Source: Clostridia bacterium (lineage in GTDB: Bacteria; Bacillota; Clostridia; Saccharofermentanales; UBA5734). Taken from it: 64,000 nucleotides of DNA. The stretch spans positions 3,382-67,381 of the forward strand of contig JAXGZQ010000003.1 in the NCBI GenBank assembly GCA_040776905.1. Reading direction: 5' to 3'. The notes under the pieces are model-generated. The model did not search any database. It worked only from the letters and a program-made list of their open reading frames with translations, and was not told the DNA's origin. The position numbers and the translations under genes are program-made. How positions within the stretch are numbered: position 1 is the first letter of the stretch; every line of letters starts with the position of its first letter. This document shows positions 58,818 through 64,000 of this stretch, in pieces.

Positions 58818-60788
58818 ATGTCAGAAAACTCAAGTACAGGACAGACGCAAAAGCGTCGTTCTTCGAACAGCCGCCGGCGCAAAAGCAACGCCGGCGCAAA
58901 ACCGAATCCGGCCCCTGCGGCACAAGCCGCTGCGGGTGCCGCAGGTTCAACGGAAAGCCGGAGATCAGCACCAAGACGGCGCTCTGCTGCCAGACCGGCA
59001 GCCAAACAACCGGCGGAAGGTCGTCAGCCTCAGGCTTCACCAGCCGCGGCGGTTGTGCAGGAAGGCAAACCGGCCGCCAAACGTCGGCGCAGACGTTCAC
59101 CGGCTCGTCCCGGCACAACCTCAACAGAAACCCGTCTGAGAATCATCCCTCTGGGAGGAATGCGGGAAATCGGCAAAAACCTGACAGTCTATGAATACGA
59201 TCAGGATATGATCATCGTTGACTGCGGCATCACGTTTCCAGATGAAGACATGCCGGGCATCGATATCGTTGTTCCGGATTTCGCCTATGTTCTGCAGAAC
59301 AAGAAGAAATTGCGAGGGATCTTCCTGACCCATGGCCATGAAGATCATATCGGCGCGCTGCCCTGGCTGCTGCGTGATATCAAGGTGCCTGTCTACGGAA
59401 GCCGCATGACACTCGAACTGGTCCGGCGCAAACTGGAAGACCGCGGAACCGGTGTCAAGGGAGCCCAGCTCAATGCTGTCAGTGACGGCGCTGTCATCGA
59501 CGCCGGCTGCTTTAATGTCGAATTCATCCATGTTAATCACAGCATCGCGGATGCCAACAGCCTGGCCATCCGGACACCGGCCGGAATCATCTTCCATTCC
59601 GGCGACTTCAAAATTGACTATACGCCAATCAATGGCGGTCCAATGGATCTCAGCCGGATCGCCCAGATCGGTTCGGAAGGCGTTCTCCTGATGTTCTGTG
59701 AAAGCACCAATGTCGAGAAGGCGGGGTTCTCTCCTTCAGAAAGCACGGTCGGTGAAGCATTCGCTGAACTGTTCGGCAAGGCCACGGGCCGCATTTTCGT
59801 CGCGACATTTTCATCCAATGTCTTCCGTATCCAGCAGATCCTGACAGCCGCGGAAAAGCATAACCGCAAGGTCGCGCTGCTCGGCCGCAGCATGCTGAAT
59901 GTCTTTGACGCCGCCAATTCGCTCGGCTACCTTGATTTTCGTCCGGATACCCTGATCGAAGTCAAGGAGATTGATCGCTATGATCCCGATCAGATTGTTC
60001 TGATTACAACCGGCAGCCAGGGAGAACCGATGGCCGCGCTGACCCGAATGGCCTTCTCCGAACACCGGACAGTCGAGATTCACCAGGGTGACACAGTCAT
60101 TCTGTCATCGAGCGCGATTCCCGGTAATGAGAAACCGATTTACCGCGTGATCAATGAGCTGTTCCGCCGCGGCGCGAAAGTAATCTATGAATCGATTTCC
60201 GACATTCATGTCTCCGGCCATGCCTATCGTGAGGAATTGAAGCTGATCCACAGCCTGGTCAAACCCCGCTATTTCGTTCCGGCCCACGGCGAATACCGTC
60301 ATCTGTACCGACATGCCGAACTGGGCCATCAAATGGGAATGGACTGGAAACAAATCTTTATCCTCAATAATGGCGACATCCTCGAGATTGGTGATGAAAA
60401 GGCGGATATCACCGGCTTTACCAATGCCGCGGGTGTCATGATCGATGGCTCCGGTATGGGCGATGTGGATAATCTTGTCCTGCGCGATCGTCTGCTGCTC
60501 GCGGATGATGGTGTCGTGACAGTCTTTATCGCGATCGACCGCGCCAGTGGCCAGATCATCAGCGAACCGGACATTCAGGCCCGCGGTTTCATTTATGAAA
60601 GCGAAACTCAGACCGTGATCAATGAATGCCGGACGCGGATCAACCAGTTCGCCAAGCGCACCGACGCAGCCAACAAACCTCTGGCCGCGATGATCAGCAG
60701 CGGCGCGCTGCGTGACCAGCTGAGGGATCTGTTTTTCCACAAAACCAAGCGTCGTCCGGTAATTCTGGTCTCAGTTCTGGAAATCTGA
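58818..60788 (+). CDS. rnj: Ribonuclease J with a ~110-aa basic low-complexity N-terminal extension
   Basis: Track ORF from 58767. I prefer ATG 58818, 8 nt after GGAGGA. The metallo-beta-lactamase motif is LTHGHEDHIGALPW, followed by beta-CASP and C-terminal domains. The N-terminus is rich in Arg, Ala and Pro. Confidence 0.9.
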   Translation: MSENSSTGQTQKRRSSNSRRRKSNAGAKPNPAPAAQAAAGAAGSTESRRSAPRRRSAARPAAKQPAEGRQPQASPAAAVVQEGKPAAKRRRRRSPARPGTTSTETRLRIIPLGGMREIGKNLTVYEYDQDMIIVDCGITFPDEDMPGIDIVVPDFAYVLQNKKKLRGIFLTHGHEDHIGALPWLLRDIKVPVYGSRMTLELVRRKLEDRGTGVKGAQLNAVSDGAVIDAGCFNVEFIHVNHSIADANSLAIRTPAGIIFHSGDFKIDYTPINGGPMDLSRIAQIGSEGVLLMFCESTNVEKAGFSPSESTVGEAFAELFGKATGRIFVATFSSNVFRIQQILTAAEKHNRKVALLGRSMLNVFDAANSLGYLDFRPDTLIEVKEIDRYDPDQIVLITTGSQGEPMAALTRMAFSEHRTVEIHQGDTVILSSSAIPGNEKPIYRVINELFRRGAKVIYESISDIHVSGHAYREELKLIHSLVKPRYFVPAHGEYRHLYRHAELGHQMGMDWKQIFILNNGDILEIGDEKADITGFTNAAGVMIDGSGMGDVDNLVLRDRLLLADDGVVTVFIAIDRASGQIISEPDIQARGFIYESETQTVINECRTRINQFAKRTDAANKPLAAMISSGALRDQLRDLFFHKTKRRPVILVSVLEI

Positions 60789-60808
60789 TGATATGAGAGG
60801 AAATCATT

Positions 60809-61777
60809 ATGTCTGAACAAAAGCCCCGCTTCTTCAGAGCGGGTGGTTATGAAGCCGCGGTCCTGCCGTCTGCCGGTGCCAATGTCTATCAGCTGCGCAA
60901 AGATGGTTATGACCTGCTGCGTCCCGCAGCATCAGCCGATGTGGTCGCTGCGATGCCGGTGATTCATGGCCTGCCCATTCTCTTCCCGCCGAATCGGATT
61001 GCCGGAGGGCGATTTGTCCACCATGGCCGGACCTATCAATTTCCCGTCACTGAAACGGCAACCGGAAATTCCATCCACGGCTTTCTCTATCAGCAGGATT
61101 GGACGCTGACCGTCATCCGTGAAGATGACGATGCAGCCGAGTTCCGCCTGCAATGGACGATGGACCCGGACTCGCCGGACTTTGCCAGTTATCCGCACCC
61201 GTTCGCGGCTTGGCTGGATTATCGGCTCAGCCAAGACGGGTTGGAACAGACGCTCACCCTGCACAATCAGAGTGATGAGCCCATGCCGGTCGGTATCGGC
61301 TGGCATACGGCCTTCAATCTGAAACTGACAGCAGAGACCGATCCCACTGCTGTCCGCGTCCGCGCCTCGATCGGCCAGCGGATCGCACAGAACCGTCAGC
61401 TCCTGCCGGATGGCCGGCTGCTCGAGCTGACAGCGGATGAACAGGCCTTCCGTACGGACGGACAGCAGCCGCTCTATGAGACGATGGATCATCACTATAC
61501 CGTAAACCCGATCGAATTGGATGGCCAGCCGTTCCACGGTGCCACCCTCGATTTTCCGCTGGAGAGGCAGCGTGTCATCTATGAAGTTGATCCGCGATAT
61601 CGCCATTGGATGATCTGGAACTGCGGGCGTGAAGGCAGCTTTATCTGCATTGAACCGCAGAACTGGCGCATCAACGCGCCGAACCTCGGATTGCCCGATG
61701 ACGAATCCGGCATGGATGTTATCGCCCCGGGCGATCAGCTCAATTTCAGAGCAATGATCCGCCTCGAATCGATCTGA
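60809..61777 (+). CDS. Aldose 1-epimerase family protein
   Basis: 322 aa. A mutarotase-like pattern is present (IHGFLYQQDW, GIGWHTAFN, CIEPQN). Confidence 0.75.
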   Translation: MSEQKPRFFRAGGYEAAVLPSAGANVYQLRKDGYDLLRPAASADVVAAMPVIHGLPILFPPNRIAGGRFVHHGRTYQFPVTETATGNSIHGFLYQQDWTLTVIREDDDAAEFRLQWTMDPDSPDFASYPHPFAAWLDYRLSQDGLEQTLTLHNQSDEPMPVGIGWHTAFNLKLTAETDPTAVRVRASIGQRIAQNRQLLPDGRLLELTADEQAFRTDGQQPLYETMDHHYTVNPIELDGQPFHGATLDFPLERQRVIYEVDPRYRHWMIWNCGREGSFICIEPQNWRINAPNLGLPDDESGMDVIAPGDQLNFRAMIRLESI

Positions 61778-61796
61778 ACACAGCGCTGTAAAAAAA

Positions 61797-61829
61797 AGAG
61801 GTGGTTCCCGCGGGAATCACCTCTTTTTG
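61797..61829. terminator. Bidirectional intrinsic terminator
   Basis: The stem agaggtggttcccg / cgggaatcacctct has one mismatch. It has an A-run upstream and TTTTT downstream, and lies between convergent genes. Confidence 0.7.
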
Positions 61830-61848
61830 AGTCTAGATAAACTGACAA

Positions 61849-62484
61849 TCAGCCGGCAAGCGCGGTAACCGCGACTTCAGCAGCGGTCGCTGCGTCCGGT
61901 GCGTAGGCATCGGCTCCGATGCTCTGGGCAAATGTCTCATTGACAGGAGCACCTCCGACCATGATCGTCACCTGATCACGGATCCCGGCGGCATCAGCGG
62001 CTTGGACAACGGCCTTCATTTCACCCATCGTCGTGGTCAACAGCGCCGAGCAGCAGATCAGCTGTGCCTGATGTTCACGGGCCAGGCTGATGAACTGTTC
62101 CGCTGACACATCGGTTCCGGCATCGATGACTTCAATCCCCTTGCCTTCGAGCATCATGCCAACGAGATTCTTGCCGATGTCATGAAGATCACCCTTGACG
62201 GTGCCAATGACAGCCTTGCCGATCGCCTGAACCCCATCCGCCACCAGCAGAGGCTTAAGAATTGCGGTTCCGGCCTTCATCGCGCGTGCGGCGACCAGGA
62301 CATCAGGAACATAAACTTCATTATTCTTGAATTTGACACCGACGATATTCATGCCGTCCAGCAGACCCTCATTGAGAATTTTTTCCGCTGCGATTTTTTC
62401 ATCGACGGCGGATTGCACGAGGCTTTTAACATCCTTTGCCTTCCCTTTTTGCAAAGCTTCAGAGATCTGTCTGAGTATTTCCAT
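61849..62484 (-). CDS. Corrinoid (cobalamin)-binding protein, MtaC/MttC-like
   Basis: 211 aa. An N-terminal helical cap is followed by a B12-binding Rossmann domain with the DxHxxG motif (GDLHDIGKN), SALLTTT and VGGAP. Confidence 0.8.
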   Translation of the reverse strand: MEILRQISEALQKGKAKDVKSLVQSAVDEKIAAEKILNEGLLDGMNIVGVKFKNNEVYVPDVLVAARAMKAGTAILKPLLVADGVQAIGKAVIGTVKGDLHDIGKNLVGMMLEGKGIEVIDAGTDVSAEQFISLAREHQAQLICCSALLTTTMGEMKAVVQAADAAGIRDQVTIMVGGAPVNETFAQSIGADAYAPDAATAAEVAVTALAG

Positions 62485-62525
62485 TGATCATTTCCTCCCG
62501 CATTTGATAGGTCAATGCTTTTGTC

Positions 62526-62552
62526 ATTATACCATTATTGACGATCACGCAA
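62526..62552 (-). promoter_or_regulatory. Extended -10 promoter for the corrinoid protein gene
   Basis: The minus strand reads TTGCGT, then 15 nt, then TGGTATAAT. The -10 lies about 40 nt upstream of GGGAGG and ATG 62484. Confidence 0.4.
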
Positions 62553-62620
62553 CGCACAAGATTCAGACTTCACACAGCCCGTCCATCCGCCGGTTCATTT
62601 TCTGCCGGCACCGGTCTTTG

Positions 62621-64000
62621 TCAGTGGCCGCGCAGCACATCAATCACATCCCGAACGGCTTTGATTCGCCCCATCACCCGGTCAAACTGGTTCTGGCTGT
62701 TGACCTCTATGGTCATGATCAGGGTCGCGGTCACATCTTTCATCGCCGTCATCTGTCCCGAGATAATCGAGACTTTTTCCTCCGCGATCGCATTGGAGAC
62801 ATCCGCAAGCAAATGGCGCCGGTCCCGGGCGAGAATCTTCAATTCCACCTGATAGGTTGACTGCCGGTCATCTTTGTCCCAGGCGACATCAATCAGCCGT
62901 GACGCTTTTTCCGCGTCGACACCGGAGCGGTCAGCACTCTGTAGCAGATGGCGGATATTGGAACAATCGGTCCGATGAACCGCGACACCCTTGCCGCGGG
63001 TGACATAACCGATGATCGGATCACCGGGAACCGGGCTGCAGCAGCGGGACAGGCGCACCAGGCAATTATCCATGCCCTTGACGATAACTCCCTGGTCGTA
63101 GCGTGCCTGAGGTTTGCTTTTCACACTGCGGGTGAGCGTCTGGGTCGTTTCATCGCCATTGACGGTGACGGCCTGCGGCTCGTGCAGCACCTGACCGGTC
63201 CGGGTGACCCGGTAGCCCAGTTTGCGCTGCTCCTCTTCACCGAGAGAACGGATATAGGCATCACGCAGGCGCGGGATGACTTTGCCTGCTGATATTCCGC
63301 CATATCCGATCGCCGCGTAAAGGTCTTCCAGAGAATGCAGCGTATAGCGTCGATAGATCTTTTCCAGATGCTCGTTTTTCAGAAGCTGTGCCGTTGTAAA
63401 GCCTGCCCGGCGGATCTCCCGCTCCATGACATCCTTGCCGCGGTCGATATTCTCATCGCGCATTTCCTTCTTGAACCACTGGCTGATCTTGCTGCGGGCG
63501 GACGCGCTCTTGACGGTTTTCAGCCAGTCACGGCTCGGGCCGTGGACTTTGTCAGATGTGAGGATCTCAATGATATCCCCGTTCTGCAGCTCGTAAGTCA
63601 ATGGAACCATTTTTCCATTGACCTTGGCACCATACATCCGGTTGCCGATTCCGCTGTGGATATTGTAGGCGAAGTCAATCGGGATAGAACCCGCCGGCAG
63701 GGCCCGCACATCACCTTTCGGAGTAAACACGAACACCTCGTCCGCGACCAGGCCGTTCTTCAGCGATTCCATATATTCGCCGGCATCACGCATTTCCTTC
63801 TGCCATTCCAGCAGCTGGCGCAGCCAAGCGAGTTTTGACTCCTCAGTCTGATCATCCTTGCCGCGACTCTTGTCGCCCTCTTTGTATTTCCAGTGTGCCG
63901 CGATGCCATATTCAGCGGTCCGGTGCATGTCATATGTCCGGATCTGGACTTCAAAAGGAATACCTTTCGGTCCGATCACGGTCGAATGCAGCGACTGATA
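62621..64000 (-). CDS. relA: Bifunctional (p)ppGpp synthetase/hydrolase RelA/SpoT family, C-terminal two thirds (5' end beyond the window)
   Basis: The frame stays open to coordinate 64000 (..YQSLHSTVIGPKGIPFEVQIRT, the synthetase motif). The TGS domain is VFVFTPKGDVRALPAGSIPIDFAY. The C-terminus is an ACT domain. Confidence 0.9.
   Translation of the reverse strand, partial: YQSLHSTVIGPKGIPFEVQIRTYDMHRTAEYGIAAHWKYKEGDKSRGKDDQTEESKLAWLRQLLEWQKEMRDAGEYMESLKNGLVADEVFVFTPKGDVRALPAGSIPIDFAYNIHSGIGNRMYGAKVNGKMVPLTYELQNGDIIEILTSDKVHGPSRDWLKTVKSASARSKISQWFKKEMRDENIDRGKDVMEREIRRAGFTTAQLLKNEHLEKIYRRYTLHSLEDLYAAIGYGGISAGKVIPRLRDAYIRSLGEEEQRKLGYRVTRTGQVLHEPQAVTVNGDETTQTLTRSVKSKPQARYDQGVIVKGMDNCLVRLSRCCSPVPGDPIIGYVTRGKGVAVHRTDCSNIRHLLQSADRSGVDAEKASRLIDVAWDKDDRQSTYQVELKILARDRRHLLADVSNAIAEEKVSIISGQMTAMKDVTATLIMTIEVNSQNQFDRVMGRIKAVRDVIDVLRGH

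Noticed and set aside
58592-59005. N-terminal 138-aa extension of the S20 reading frame (track ORF 58328..59005)
   Set aside because: S20 has a canonical start (MPNIKSAMKR) with GGAGGTG at ideal spacing. The upstream part is read-through of the rnj leader region on the opposite strand.
60105-61606. Minus-strand ORFs 60105..60740 (211 aa) and 60932..61606 (224 aa)
   Set aside because: They are antisense to rnj and to the aldose epimerase gene respectively, and are shadow frames.
62485-62640. Possible cobalamin riboswitch upstream of the corrinoid protein gene (GCCACTG seen on the minus strand at ~62619-62625)
   Set aside because: The GCCACTG is simply the last codons plus stop of relA (..GGC CAC TGA). 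The remaining leader is ~45 nt after a good promoter, far too short for a cobalamin riboswitch.

Overview
This 64-kb window comes from a GC-rich Bacillota chromosome. The gene content looks Clostridia-like: DUF512-der, yceD-rpmF, pta-ackA, RNase J and TmcAL. It falls into three blocks, and single 60-nt lines I counted by hand support the split: 29-36/60 GC around 0.6-5.4 kb, 22/60 at 9.0 kb, 38/60 at 30.0 kb.

(1) 1-6.5 kb, minus strand: the early/replication end of a prophage- or ICE-like element, cut by the window edge. It carries a Cys-rich sigma-70 region-4 protein, two small ORFs, a DUF2800 Cas4-like nuclease, a DUF2815 SSB, a 57-aa membrane ORF, a family A DNA polymerase, a DUF4406-like protein and one open-ended ORF.

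(2) 6.5-22 kb, plus strand: an AT-rich defence island of nine co-directional, mostly translationally coupled genes. In order they are an NBR1-Ig-like domain protein, an excisionase-type HTH, type I R-M hsdM-hsdS-hsdR, a Hachiman-like pair (DUF1837-like nuclease plus Ski2-like DEAH helicase), and an McrB-like AAA+ GTPase with McrC. The island ends about 290 bp from a tRNA-Leu(UAG) gene (22077-22161, minus).

(3) 22-64 kb: ordinary housekeeping genes. These are lepA, lepB, aspS, hisS, rsmE, cysK, mutY, gatB, a prepilin peptidase, a CPBP protease, an AI-2E transporter, a U32 peptidase, mltG, typA, der, DUF512, rpmF, yceD, DUF1934, murI, ddl, an RluA-family synthase, proS, ackA, pta, DUF5317, an HD-GYP protein, two uncharacterised proteins, tmcAL, tyrS, rpsT, rnj, an aldose epimerase, a corrinoid protein and partial relA/spoT.

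I saw no CRISPR array, rRNA, integrase or transposase in the window.

The points most worth a second look are:
- the composite defence operon, especially its uncharacterised leading gene pair;
- the Hachiman-like pair;
- the atypical domain layout of the McrB homologue;
- in the phage block, a 33-nt motif present twice upstream of genes;
- in the phage block, a 13-bp hairpin that sequesters the ribosome-binding site of the phage sigma-like gene.

All family assignments come from motif recognition by eye. No database search was run.
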